This document shows, in pieces, positions 12,364 through 26,124 of a DNA stretch of 64,000 nt (within the stretch, counting starts at the first letter, position 1; every line of letters starts with the position of its first letter). The stretch comes from Trichosphaerium sp. ATCC 40318 (Eukaryota > Protista > Tubulinea): positions 186,001 to 250,000 of the forward strand of contig JALMLS010000573.1 of NCBI GenBank assembly GCA_038496445.1, in the 5' to 3' direction. The notes beneath the pieces were generated by a model, which worked only from the letters and a program-made list of their open reading frames with translations, was not told the DNA's origin and made no database searches. A program made the translations under genes and the position numbers.

Positions 12364-13759
12364 ATTGTATGAAAAAAGCTACTACTTCTTCAAGCATACG
12401 CAAATAAACAACACTTCAATTAATCCTTTTTCTGTTTTATTTTTGAAATCAAAGTTTCACTTGTTGTAGTCAAAAAACTTGTATTTTATCATTGTATGTA
12501 CTTTGTTTCATTCCGTTTTCTTCCAAATTTGTCATAGATAGAATAAGTAGTACGCTGGCATAGAATGCCTTGTTGTCGAGTTTTTGTAATTATTTAAATA
12601 AGCGTGTGTTACATTGTCAAGATTGTAGCCAGCAATAAAAAGCATCTCATAGCTTAAAGTAGTCACAAACCTGTCTGGTGGCACTTGCAATTTTGAGTTT
12701 TTGGTATTTGTGGGATTTTGATGAATCTTTGAGACGGTTTTACTCACTTCAGACCGTCTTAAACTTCAGTTGCAGCCTATATTTCGAATCTCATTAGGGA
12801 ACTATTGAGGCTGTGAAGTGGTGATTACCAGTTCTTTAGTCCATTTATCAGTTTGTTTGTATGTATGTTAGATTCATGCGTTCTTGTTGAGCTACAATAC
12901 CAGATTGGAGGAGAGAATACGTCCCACTCAGCTTCGATCCCCTGGATCGCGTAGCCAGAGACTTTTCCCATTTATTAAATTCGAGTTATCTCTTGTACAC
13001 ATACAAATTACATATTCAATCAATCAACACAACAACTTTTTGAATCGTAATCTGCCATTGTATAGAACTGCTACTTGCTGATGTTGTTTTACGATACTAA
13101 CGTACTTAAACAAATACCTCTCACTTATCAAACGCCAGCAAAATACTTATTTATACTGTCATTAATGCGAAAAAACACAAATTTCTAGCTTGGAGAATCC
13201 GTTTTTATGGGAATATGAATAAAGTATGTTACCACAATATTGTAACTCTATTGGCAGAACAATTACTGAATGCCAATGATGATTATGAGGATATTTGTTT
13301 GGTTTTTGGTTTCGCATTGTGTCAACAGAGGAAGGCCTCAGGCTTTCTGACCAGCAGTATAGCCAATCAGAATTAAAATTGAACTCACGCTTTTCGAAGA
13401 TGGTCTGGAAAATATTAGTAAAACTTAAACGCCAGCCAATATGTTGAGTATGGTTTTCTGCCAACCTCACAACGTAATGTATCGCCATTGTCAAAATTAT
13501 TGGGGAACGTGCCTTGCTCAAATGTACAATGTCTTTTTGACAGCAACTACTTTCAGTTGTACTACTTTGGATTCGCCCTGAAATAACGCTATTTTATTGT
13601 AACGTAGCTGCTCCAGATTAGTATCACACGTGATTTTCTGTTGGAATGCTCACTTGAAGAAGTCCACTACGATTAGCTATAGAGTTGCAAAAGGCTATCT
13701 ATGTTCACAAGCTGTCCCAAAAAATCAGGAGTAGCGCTAACACAAAATAGTGTTATTTC

Positions 13760-14842
13760 TAGAGGTGGCAAATACCGGTCCGATACCGGTCCGGTTTCAA
13801 TACATCGGTTTTCGGTCCGTAACGGTCCTTGATTTAGAACAAGAGCAGTATTCATTCAGTGAATAACAATGTAAGTGGCTTCTTTTTGAACCACCACTCA
13901 CTTTATTTTGAATAAAAGTAGCCTGAAACGCCTTAAAATTGAGAGTTCTACACATAGAGTGGTTGAAAGCCCTCAATCAGCCCGTTTTAACCAAATTAAG
14001 TTTAGCGCGGTAAAACAAAGTCACGCTGGCCTAACGCCCTTCCGTTATGAATACAAGCAATATTCATATTCATTGTCCCGTAAGCCATATTCATTAATAT
14101 TCATTCATGAATATTCATGGGCGTTTGGTGAGTCAGGATGTTGAGGAGCTTTTGGTTTGTAGCACCTAGCGATGTTCCAAATAGATAGATTCAACAAGTT
14201 GCATTTGAAAACCGAATCGGAATAGTCAACAGAACACCAAAAGCCACAAATCCAGTCAAAATCAGCCATCAAATTGCGCAATTTTCGACCGTTTACTGTG
14301 TGCATGAATAATGAATGAATTTTTTTAGTCGTGAATATTTGTGAATGTAGGCTGTATTTGAATATTCAAATTATTCATTCATAATGGAAGGGCGTTACGC
14401 TGGCCTAACCGCTACTTTTTTTGAGTCAAAATGTGCCTGTGGTGACGTTATTTTGACATTTGGACAAAATCACGTGATGTTACATACTTTCATACACTTT
14501 CACCCAAACATCTTTTTATCACTTTGTGCGCGTAGAGCAACTTATCAAGTGCATTGCTTGCGCGAAATAATAGTATCTAAACTATTTTAGGTATGAAAAA
14601 AAAAAAGTGGTGATATTCAAACCTGCCACAAAAAGTGTACAGCCACCTTATGTGCATGCACACAGTGAGTAGGTCAATAGATGGAGGGTTCTGAGATTTT
14701 GTGAGGAGTACCCTTTGACAAAAATTCCTTTTTCGGCTATTTTTCCGATTTTCCAAGGGTACTCCCTTTGACAGCGGACCGTTTGGACCGTTTACGGACC
14801 GGTCTTTGCGTTTCGGTCCGGAACCGGTTTCTGCCATCTCTA
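13760..14842. mobile_element. Non-autonomous hAT-type element (MITE)
   Basis: TIRs TAGAGGTGGCA...TGCCATCTCTA with subterminal ACCGGT/GGACCG repeats. 8-bp TSD GTTATTTC at 13752-13759 and 14843-14850. Confidence 0.9.
14032..14397. mobile_element. 366-bp MITE nested in the previous element
   Basis: TIRs TAACGCCCTTCC(G/A)TTATGAAT with many TATTCA/TGAATA subterminal repeats. 8-bp TSD CGCTGGCC at 14024-14031 and 14398-14405. Confidence 0.9.
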
Positions 14843-15401
14843 GTTATTTCATGTCAAATCCTCCTAGCCGAATTATCATTTTTAGATTACAAGATATATA
14901 TCGTGACTACGCTTACTTAATTGTGAAGGTCAATCTTATACCTTCTCTTAAGTAGTTCAGACCGGCAACGATAATTAAACAAGCGGAAAAACTCAGCTCG
15001 TGATGTACCAAACTATACTACTTTTCGTGTACAAATTTGAAGTCATTTGAAGCTGATACCAATAAGTACGCCATTGTTCCAATACTAGTCATAGGTAGTA
15101 CAACCAGATAGTACGCTATAAACTCAAACTGAGCACAATCTATTGAAGGAAGGATAGGATACAGTTGACCAAATGTAAGAAATGAGGTGGAGTTGCATTG
15201 ATGGGATGTAATGGGAATAATGGGTTATGTTGCCTACTTGTGCACCATATTAGAAAGTCACGTGAACTAGTAAAGACCTTCATTAGAACGCAAGCGTCTT
15301 GTAGTCTCTACCGTATTAAAACACCGCGCTTGCGCACTTCACTAACCAACTCGCACTAATCACTTAATTACATAGCGGCGGAATCTCCACGTGGCGCTAT
15401 T

Positions 15402-17579
15402 ATGGCAACGAAAGGTGTAGTATTTTCGTGATACTGTAGTTTTCTAATTTTGTTGTTGCTGTTCTAGACACTTCTGTGTTTCTGTTACTGTTTGTTTTGT
15501 CTGCTTTCTACAATAGTGTAGACTGTTTCTTGGTTATAGAAGAACCTTCTTTGTTAAAAGGTACTTACAAGGCTGTTGGGCACGTGCTTGGTTCGGTAGA
15601 GGAAAATTGGCCTGGTAAAAACATCACAATTGTAAGACGTGATAGTAGTGACGTGTCAGGTACTGTGGTTGTAAATCACGCGTAAAATAAGATTTCGAAT
15701 AGGAAAAGCTATTATCATAGACAGTGATATTCACGAGTACGAAAACGAGTACGACACCATTTTAAAGAGCAATAAAACACAAAAAACCAGTGTTAAACCT
15801 TGATGAAAAATAAATATCAGCTAGTGCGTTTGATCTTCAAGAAAGAGGTGCCATATTGGTACTTTATTCCGTCAATGATCGCACTAACCTGGGTATGGGT
15901 TACCAAAATTTTTATATCTCTAAACTAAGCAGGAATTGTTTCTTATCGTCTAAGACACCCTCGGAAAGACTCTCGAATGAATATTCCAATTGTGACAATA
16001 TCAAAAGAAGATATTCACCCTGGTCTTATTAATAAATCTCAACAACTTAGTGGCTTCATATTTCCAGGCACGAAGCTTTTGAACTTTTTTTTTTTTTACT
16101 CACGTGATTGTGCATTTGTCTCAACATAATGTTCGAAGCCCGAAAGCGGCAAAAAAAATTTTACACTTATTTCCCCACCAATGGCCATGTTACAACCTGA
16201 AAATGCCCCCATTAGGGGCGTAGGTAGGCATAGCCAGCGTGGTGATTGAGCGCGCACAACCAACCTATACTTTTTTTTTTTGAACACTTTTGGACTTTGC
16301 CTGATACTGAACAAACAGCTGACCATCGAGATTTTTTCTTTATCCGTTTGTAGGTGTTGCTCATTTTATGTCTTAGATAGTAATTCTTTTCATCAAGTAT
16401 CTACACATTGGGCTTTTCACACCACGATCACTGTACTTATTATTTATACTTTGAGTTCATTTGCAGTATCAGCTGTTATATTGTGGAAACGTATGCTTAG
16501 TCCGCGTTTCAGAATAGATATTTTAACTATCCCGATTGTTTGTCTGGTATTTGAGGTAGTTGCAAATGTTTGTACGTCTTTCAATACTGTTTAGAAAAGG
16601 GCAAATGAGCAGTCAATCTCCTTGGTTTTTTATTGTTTCTTCTATATTTAATTTCTATTTCTAGTACGGCTGGTGTTGCTTATTGATCCTTTACAAGGGC
16701 ATCGTATTTATCCTTATACGGTGCAACAAATATTTATAGCAATATCACTACCGTTTTCTCTTGGTAGTGCGTTACTTGTCTCTTTGTATTGGTACACCTT
16801 TTTTTCTGTCAGTTTTTTGAAATGGCTTAACATTCTAACAAAGAATTGTAGGCATGAGGCTATTATAAACAAAGAAGTTAAAGTCACTTACTTTATCTCA
16901 AAAACAAGAAAAGCGTTTATATGCATTATAGTAGCGCTATTCATATTCTATATTGCCTCGGCTATATCTAGAGCATTTGAGAGCAATAATATTGCTGAAT
17001 ATATGTCAATACTTCGATGGGTAGGCCACTTTTGATTGTTGTACTGCATATTTTAATGTTGTATTGATGTGATACTCTAGACAGCTACAATTCTCTCACT
17101 TGCTGTTATTGTGGTCTATAGTATTATAGTTAGTCGTTCTTTATTTGTACACATCAAGCGCATGACAGTCGAGTCAAAAAGACTGTTAAAGGTACACATG
17201 AAATTAATAGATAAAACTAATACTGTTGTTAAGATGAGAGCCCGTCTCATTGCTTTCTCATCCTTACAGGCATTGTTGCTCATTGATTTCTTTGTTACCT
17301 TTGTAGTTGATTGTACGTATGATAACCTTTTTTTTGTTTGACAATCACGTGGTCTACAAAAACAAAAGGGTAGTGTAACTTGTTTTTTTAGTTAAAGCAG
17401 CTGATGGCTTTTGGTATGCGATAATTTTTACTACCTACATTCTCATACTGGATTCTCTATCCATTGTTCAAAGCGTACCTTTTTGGATACATACACACAA
17501 AGCAAGTAAACGTACTCCCTCAAGCTCACTCGACACACCGAATGTAAAACTCTCAAATACTCCACAAGTTACTTTGTAG
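15402..17579 (+). CDS. Signal peptide + PA (protease-associated)-like domain + ~7 TM receptor-like membrane protein
   Basis: Spliced: FLVIEEPSLLKGTY...GKAIII...LQERGAILVL...NIPIVTISKED (PA-like), then about seven hydrophobic helices including SALLVSLYWHEA, and a Ser/Thr-rich tail. Stop at 17577-17579. Confidence 0.65.
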
Positions 17580-17854
17580 AATAAACAAAAAACAGACAAG
17601 GTTTTTGACATCCTTATAAAGCAATAAAAAACGTGGTACTTTTCGTTAAGTACGCAAACTCAAAAAAAATTATCAGTTCTCCATATCTAACGTCTCTAAA
17701 TTACAATTATTATTATGGAGCAATTATGATAGCAACTATTAATTGCTTTGGTGATTTAGAGGTTTTAGCATAAACCAATTCACTAAAAAAAAATGAGCTG
17801 GAATTGTTTATCGTAAAAAAAAACAATTTATGACCATCATAAAACTACAAACCC

Positions 17855-19035
17855 ATGGAAGCTGTACTAATAAAGCCAGTAAAAATTAGCTACTCGGAAC
17901 GCTCCAAAACCCCAGATTGGCAAAACATCTGCGATGATGTCTTATTCGCAATACTTCAATCTGTATTACAAAATTACGGCTTCGAGAACTACCACAGCCT
18001 ACAATTAGTTTGCAAATCGTGGACAGCTGTAGCAAAGAGCGATGTGATTTGGAGGAGGGTCCTAAGTACAATGGGTGACTTGGGGAGGCTTAAACAAGAA
18101 TTATCGAAACAACAGTTTTTTTCAGGTTTAGCTTACCAAAAATCACCTAAAGACATTAAACCGTGTTGGATAAACGTCAGGGATGGTAAAAACGTCATTG
18201 AAATGACCAGCGGCTTCGCTTTGACATTGTCCGTGGCAAACAAGAGCATCATAGATTTTAGAGATAGACACCGGCATTCTTCATCTGAACGTTTGTTTTG
18301 TTCTGCATACCCCGAAAGGGATGCGAAAGCAATGGCAGACATGAAACGTATCACCTGGCAACTCAATAATGGATTCATCTTTCCAGATTTGCCTCTACAC
18401 GTGCAATTCCAACCGTTTTTGAACTTGTTTACGAACGGCGAATATTTGGTCAGGATTCAACATCGTGCCTTTGTAACACGTGTTATACATGACGGACTTC
18501 GATCAAATGTTCGCAGCCAAGCAAGTATTGTCAATATCGGACCTTTCGACCAGTACTGCCCCATGAATGGACAAATGTACTATGGAGAATATGCTCATGT
18601 AACGGATGAATATGGCAAATATCTTGATCAATCACGTGTTAAGTACTACGAAAAGCTTATAACTGAAACTACATGCAGACCTCTTGAGTAATGTTGACGC
18701 CTGGAAACTACAAACCTACCAGATTACACCACTTTAGAGGTTTAGACTTGCCACGGGCCACTTCCTTTTTATTAGACGGACACCACAAGATGCAAGCGTA
18801 CGAGAATTGTAAAATGTTCCCTTCAGTATTGCGCATTCAGTGTTTTAACCAAGGCACTCTTGAGAAATACAAAAGTATTTTTACTGGCTTTGATGATGCA
18901 TCAGAGAAGTGGAAGTTGTTTTCACGCTGGTTCAATCAGTATAACCGATCAATTGATATCAAAGAGGACGAGTATTTTGAGATGACACCAGAAGAGGAGC
19001 GTGCCATGTGGAAGGAGATAGAACGAAAAATGTAA
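17855..19035 (+). pseudogene. Intronless F-box + ParB/Sulfiredoxin-like domain gene with a single frameshift at ~18686-18691
   Basis: F-box ICDDVLFAILQSV...LQLVCKSWTAVAKSDVIWR. LDQSRVKYYEKLI...RPL continues in the next frame as VML...FLLDGHHKMQAY. Adding one base restores a single ORF. Confidence 0.65.
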
Positions 19036-19301
19036 CATAAATAAAGCCAATACGTTTCTATTTATATGCTCACGTAAAGCTCCGTAAGGATACACAAATA
19101 GCTTGCATAGTTGCAAAAGGCTACCTTACCTATGTTCACAAACCGTCCCGAAACTCAGGTTTAGCGCTAACACAAAATAGAGGTCAAATTTGACTAAACT
19201 TCAAATGCGTAAATATCAGTAGACTTTAAGTAGTGAGTAAACAGTTTTATTGCGCCTATGATTCTGACTTGCTATGCCTTTGGTTGACCCACGAAGAAGC
19301 A

Positions 19302-21773
19302 CTAAAGACTATCTAATATCTCCGCGGCAGCACGTTGTCCAGATTCTACTGCGCCTTCCATATAGCCTATAATTAATTTACAACAAAGAAAAAGGGTTAA
19401 AGGCAACAAAAACAAAGCACGTACCACACCATGAAGTAGCTAACTCAGTACATGCCCAATGCAATGAAGAAACTGGAACTCGCATTATTTTTCCATACTT
19501 GGTTAGCACTCCTGGGGCCATATACCCAGCGTAGCATCCTGAAGATTGTTTAGGTATTGTTCAAGGAACAAAGATAATAAAAAAAAGGTACCTGCGGAGT
19601 ATTCTTCAGAACACCAATCTAAATCAGCGTAACCAATGAGGTCACCTGCTTCCTTCATTTGGAATCTCTTTTCTAGTTGCTCACATATAGCTTTGCGTCT
19701 TTCTTTCTTTGATTTTTGACACCAGTCTGGGATACAAAGGTCAGACCAAGTAACGTTTAGTTAGGAAATGTAATCTAAAGTACCAATGCAATCCTTGCCA
19801 ATGATGAATGCAACCAAAGCTGGGGTTGTTTGATATTTCCCTTTGTCTGTTACTTTAAAGTCTGCAGAAAATGATTGATCAATAACATAGCTAAGAGGAC
19901 CTTCATCACTGAGCTGTTGTACAAAAATGTTAATTAATTTGTAGAACTGTACTGTAAAGCGTGCCAATTGCCCACTCAAACCGGCATCTCTCCACCAATA
20001 GGTCTTGTAAAACAAATGAACTTTTATCACAGAACCCATAGGTACACGCGCATGAAATTGTTCACGTGCACAAGGAAGCTGAGGGGAGAAACGGATTTTC
20101 TGGCAAAGCTAAAAAAAACAGTCAAACATCCATCCTAACTATTTCGAGGCTATCTTACGAGTGGTGCCATCGCTAAGATACACTTCTTAGCCCTGAATTT
20201 GTTTCCATTTCTGCATGTTACTTTAACTCCTTTGTCTTTATACTCAATATTACTGACCGGATGCGAAAGTTTCTACAAAGTAGTTAAGAAAAAGAGCAGA
20301 AAACGAGACTTGTTTGTACAATTGTCTTCTCCAATATCATCAGCCATCATTTGTGCAAGTTGCATTGTTCCACCTTCAAAAAGCCACTCCTCTGGTCCTC
20401 CCTCTCCGTCTTCAAAAGCGTCTAATCCACCCGCGCTCTGTATGTAATGATTAAGAAGAAGTCACTTTTGTAGCTTTATAATTACCTGCAAAGTGAACAG
20501 AAAAAATAGAAAAGACATCTCATCGTGTTCGCATGCAAAGGCTTTAACGAGTGATTCTATGACACTGCGAGTTTTGGTCGTCCAAGACTTTGCCTTAGTC
20601 ATACTAGCAATTGTTTGACTATCATACTTGAGTGCCTAAGAACACTTAGATTCTGGATTCAAACAAAAAACAAAAAACAAAAGCAAATGATCTCTTTTTG
20701 TTTTGTACGTACAAATTCATGCTCCCAAGGCGCTTTTGGGTCAATCGAACTAGCCATTGAATCAAACTTCTTTATCAATCGGTACATAGAGAGCAAAGTG
20801 AAAATACCAAGGCCCATACTTTCCCCTTTGTATTTCTAAAAGAATGAATATTACATCGGAAATAGAGAAAAAAAAACTTGATTCATTAGTTTCACGTACC
20901 AACCTCTCTCCATGGAAGTAATTCAAGTGAGTCCCTAACAATTATTGTCAAAAAAAAAAGTGTTGTACTGAATGGGCATGCACTACTTTTCGCGGCTTTA
21001 AAGAAGTGCCGTCTTCCGAAAAATTGCTTTTTTTTGGAGTAGGAAGCTTTATTTTTCCTCAAGTCACGTGTTTTGTCAATTTGCTAAGTAGCAAACCCAT
21101 TGCTACTGTACCTTTAAAGTAGGTAGTGTAGAGCCTTAATCCGTATTCCTCAACTAGCTTTTTCATTCTTAGTTGTCTTGGACCCTTAAACGATTCATTA
21201 GGATAAAGATGCATGTAATAACCCTTGACGCTAAAGACGTACGATCCACATAGCTCCGTAATCAACTAGAAAGGTCAGAAAACACTTTTTTTTAGCCGGT
21301 TCATTACCTGTTCTTTTTGTTTTGCCATCATCAAGTAGTACATCAGCAGTAAAAGAACGACCTCCTACTCTATCTCTAGCTTCCAATACGAGAACTTTTT
21401 TTTTCTTCTACAAAGAATCTGTAAGTTGAGATACAAAAGTTGTTCACTCTGATTTTTGCGTTGCCTCTTGGAAACCGAAAATAAAAAGAAAGTGACCTGA
21501 AGCAATACTGCGTTTTGATTTGTAAAAACTCCAAAAAAAAAAACAACACGTGTAGAGGAAAGTAACAAAGAAAGCGCGGCGAATGTTCTACACCAAAAAC
21601 TGAAAAGTTTTTTTTTCGTTTCGCACGCTGTTCAGCTCTTTTGCTGCTGCTAGACCACTGAACCCTGCGCCTATACAACGTTATAACCTCAGTACGCCTC
21701 GTTTAGTTGTACCAATGATAATAACTTCGGAATCTTGTTTCGAAGCTGTAGTCTCTGCTTTTTTTTCAGCCAT
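19302..21773 (-). CDS. Flavin-containing monoamine oxidase family protein, multi-exon
   Basis: EVIIIGAGFSGLAAA (FAD-binding), VLEAR.RVGGR, PMGSVIKVHLFYKTYWWR, WCSEEYSAGCY (covalent-FAD Cys position), GYMEGAVESGQRAAAEI*. No C-terminal membrane anchor. Confidence 0.92.
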
Positions 21774-22018
21774 AGCCAAAGTAGAACTAGTATTGCACTT
21801 ATTGTAGTTTCTTAACAAATTATCCTGGCTGAGACAGTTCGGCTTAACTGAAAAATTCCTAGCGACAAACTACCAAAAACACTGCAAAAAAAATGCACGA
21901 CAGCAATATTCAAGCATACGTAATTTTAGTTCGCCCGATTTCGAAGGTTAAGCAGATGTACCTTAAAGAAATATGAAACGTTAAGTGTTAAACGTTTACA
22001 AACATTAAACATACTATT

Positions 22019-22237
22019 AAAATCCACTCGAGTGGATTTTGGTACCTAGCACATATTAACCTGTGCTGCCATACCCACCAATGGATGACATTTTGTGAGC
22101 GAAGGTCGGGTTCTTGTCCCGAGCGAAGCGACGGGCCCGACCGAAAGCGAACAGTGCTCTATATTAGCTGTCCCATACTCGAATAGTGTTAAACCAAAAC
22201 TGTGGAATACAAATAATCCACTTGAGTGGATTTTGGT
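22019..22237. repeat. Short element bounded by two directly repeated palindromes, with an internal GC-rich hairpin cluster
   Basis: AAAATCCACTCGAGTGGATTTT at 22019-22040 (perfect palindrome) and AATCCACTTGAGTGGATTTTGGT at 22215-22237. Internal GGTCGGG...CCCGACC stem with GAGCGAAGCGA. Confidence 0.6.
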
Positions 22238-22939
22238 CTACATTTGTGGAAAATGTGTCTGCTACAAACATCTCTCTTCAGAATAAGTTTGTTGGCGAAT
22301 GTACCTTTCGGAAGTGTATTCACACTTATTAACCTTGGCGCATGTACTTCGTTTCCTCCTATTGTATTTACACCAGGCTAGTGTACTTCGCTAAGTTATC
22401 ACCACAATACAATAGCGTCAATTCCAACAGCACCAAGTGCATCAGAAAGCTGTGTACTGCTGTAAACATTGGTTGGTCTACTGATCAAATTGCATCGCGT
22501 AGTGGCAAGAAAGCAACGTTTGAGTTCACTTTTTTTTTACACATGTGTACAAATATCACGAAATCTCTTTTGCATCCAAAAAGATCTTGCAATCTTCATG
22601 AAAGTGTCGGGTAGCATATCATCTGTCGATATACCTTCTGACATGCTAAAACATAATGCCACTTCTACATTATCGGTTGCACTTTCTAATCTCTCTACAT
22701 ATAAAATAAGAGAAAGGATAACAAGAAGTAATAATAATAAAAAAATGAAGTAAAGTTGATTTTTGTTCTTTCACAAATACACGTGTACAAGCTATTTGTA
22801 AAACAAGTCATTTTTTACAAATACTACAAAAACAACAAATAAACTGTGAAAGTACTTCTAAAGGTGACTGTTCGCATTCATATAAAAAAATCTTGAGAAA
22901 GTTGTTTTAGTTTGTTTACTGTACCATAGTTCGCTTCTA

Positions 22940-24708
22940 TTATAGCCATAAAAAAAGAGTATAACACAGGATGCCCTTCAAACAACTATTAGATAACATC
23001 ACAGATAAGATAAACAAGAAACACATACCACAAACACAAAATACATCCCATATTCGAAAAACAAAACTCAACTGTTTGAAACTATCCATAAAACACGTGA
23101 TAAATTTGAAAGAACCTATATTAGCACCAACATTCAACAATCCCTTAACAGAAAAGTAAGCTATGTACCTCACAATTTTAATGATAGCTTCATATAGTCG
23201 TACAGGTTTATCTCTTATCTTAGGAAAGTAACATGTTATCAGGGTGATTAACTTCTTGTGCACTTTGCGTAAATGTTTCACTGTTTGTTTTAAGTAAGAA
23301 TAAAATGGGAATGAACTAAAAGTTAAACCTATGGACTACTGCGTACCTGTTTCTGCTTGTGGACCAAAGAAACGTCGCATTTGATATTTAAATGTATTGA
23401 ATAAACATACAAATGTCCAAAATGCGTGCTACCAGAAAGTCACAAGATAGCTATTTAACTTTTTTTAAGTCAAAAATAATGCTTACCTCCTCAGACATTA
23501 CTAGAAGCAATAATGATACTAGCCGTGCTAAGCCTGATTTGATTTATAAGAATTAACTAATCTACATAATAGTATACCCGAACAGTAACCAAAACTTGGG
23601 TCGTAGCTGTGATAGGCATAAAGTATGTTAACCAGCATGCAAGTCCTAAGGTTAAATTATTACTTTAACAAAACGGCTTGTGTACCTTGGACTATCCATT
23701 TTTGCGAAATCTGGATGATCGTGGAATGTACGCTTGACATCTCTAATAACCATGGTTGTATACTCACGTCTTACAGGAAGTGATACATCACTGAAAAAAG
23801 TTTTCACGTATGTCTACAAAAAAGAACACATTACTTTCTCGGAGCACAGGATTTTTTTCAAATAAGCGAAAACAACCAGTAATTAAATATAACGTTGCGT
23901 TGTTGTTACGGAAAAATACCTTGTAGCTGATTGTAGCGGTTGACATTGCTTTAAATCCACCAGAAATGTGAAAATACGATTTTCCTTTTGTGGCAAAAGA
24001 GTAAGCACGTGATACTTGTAAGTTGTAAACGTACCTCTAATGCCTTTAGGAAATCCACTCCAAGCAAATTGGTCAAACTAATTGAATTAATTAAGCTACA
24101 CACGAGTGTATTGAAGCAAGAACTGTCTAGAACAACAAAAAACAAACATTTCACCTTTTTAAATTCTTTAGCAGTGCAACTACCAGTTTGAAAATTATCG
24201 AGCCTTGGCGTTAACCACGCAATAGCAGCGCTTTGTTTTTCATGCTCTTGTGGTGTATTTATACTAATATAAAGTTACAAATGTTTTAGAGGTAAATCTC
24301 TTTTGGTACTATGTCAAAAAATATCTTTGTTTGCATTCTGGAAACGAAACACGCTGAAGAGACTGAAAATCTTGGTCTGCCAATACCACAGGCGGTCTAG
24401 ACCAATACACTGATGCATATACAAGACTATGAGCCTACATACAGAGTCAGTTAATTAATTTGTATTTTTCTGGCGTCAAACTGCGTTAAAAGAACAGGCA
24501 GTGCGTAACAAAGCTGTAACAAAAACAGAAGTTGACTTCTGATGTTTACCTTTGCGCTTAACAGCCTACGCCACACGTAATCGCATTCAGCAATATTCTT
24601 GACACCCCTACACACTTGAGACAGCGCCAAGCAATCATTTAATGTGACATTTGATATTATCAGCAGCCAGACCTCAAATGGCAGCTCTATAAGCGACGCT
24701 GATTGCAT
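22940..24708 (-). CDS. F-box protein with C-terminal hydrophobic/transmembrane segments, multi-exon
   Basis: LIELPFEVWLLIISNVTLNDCLALSQVCRGVKNIAECDYVWRRL is a canonical F-box. Downstream exons are hydrophobic. Confidence 0.7.
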
Positions 24709-24984
24709 TTCATCATGCGTAGCACTAAATAACGCGTTTTAACAGATGTAGTACAAAGTTCACGTGCTTGACTTGTTTTTCACTCATTCCTGAAAAGAAA
24801 CGCCTCGTTTGGATAATTGTTGACTTCCTAATTCGTTAATAGCACTCCAATACTCCGGATAGCACTACACAACCGTATTTAGTGTATTAGAACGTACCAG
24901 TATAATATCTGATTGATTCTTGGTGAAACACGTCCAGAGAATTCTTGATTGATACTATACTATCTATAAAACAGTATATACACA

Positions 24985-26124
24985 ATGGCAACAGCTCCAG
25001 GACAAATAATCATCAACGCTTTTAGGTAACCCACCAACGCATTATTTTCGATCACTAATCGTATATTTCTCTAGTGCGCTATCAAATGGTAACTTAATGG
25101 TACTACAGAGGATGCTGGCCTGTTACCCCAATATTGTTGATTACTGCGATGCAGATGAAGATACTTTACTCCATGTCGCAGCGTATGAAAAGAATACAGC
25201 AGCTATACAAATTCTACTTGCCGCAAACGCGCCAGTAAACGAAAGAGGTTGCAGTATGCGCACTCCACTACACTGTGCTGCATGGGAAGGTACACAGCAA
25301 TACTTTTAAAGCGTTTTCCGCCTGAATTACTACAATTAACCTAAAACATCGTTAAATACATACTCCTCGCTAATGAAATGCGTTACACGCGTTTTTGAGT
25401 GATTATGTATTTTAAGAAGCGCTATTCTCCTCTTTCCATTTTCGACCAACCACAACCACTGACTCTCTTCCTAGGTCACAAGGAAGGTATATCCAAAAAC
25501 TCTGTGTGACAAATTGTTGCTAACCGTACCCATAGGATGTCAACTATTACTGGCTAATAACGCTGCCATACATTTACAGGATAGCTTAGAAGAAAACGCA
25601 ATTCACAAGGTACAATAAAAAAAAATCAAAACAACACTTTTTCTTGTTATCTGTAACAGATGATTGTCATCTCTGAACTTGAATTGATAATACTCAGTCT
25701 TAATGTAGTGTGTCTACTTTTAAAAGATTGCGACAATTTTCTGTTTGACATGAACTTAGTTATTCTTACTTTTTTCGTACTTGATTGTTTACTTTTTTTT
25801 TTTAGGCTGCTACATTAGGACATATTGAAGTATTATCCATACTCTTACGAGCACAAGAGCCTCATCACCAATGTGTTAATACCCAAAATGTATTGGGTTC
25901 TACACCTCTACACCAAGCCTTAGAACATGGCCACCAAGAATGTGCCAGGTACGTACAACAAGTTGTTTTTTGCAGTAACTTATATGCTTGTTTCAAGGTT
26001 ACTAATAGCACATGGTGCTAATGGAAATATAACTGATTTCTTTGGTTATAAGCCAATGTTATTGAAGTATATGACAAAACATAGAGAACGCGGATACAAT
26101 AATAATAACGTAATGGCCTTATAA
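24985..26124 (+). CDS. Small ankyrin-repeat protein, multi-exon
   Basis: DEDTLLHVAA, MRTPLHCAAWEGH, ENAIHKAATLGH, GSTPLHQALEHGH, LLIAHGAN. Confidence 0.88.

Noticed and set aside
10250-13670. Short ORFs and exon-like pieces around the Cys-rich peptide
   Set aside because: Frequent stops and no recognisable motif. Probably decayed genes that I cannot identify.
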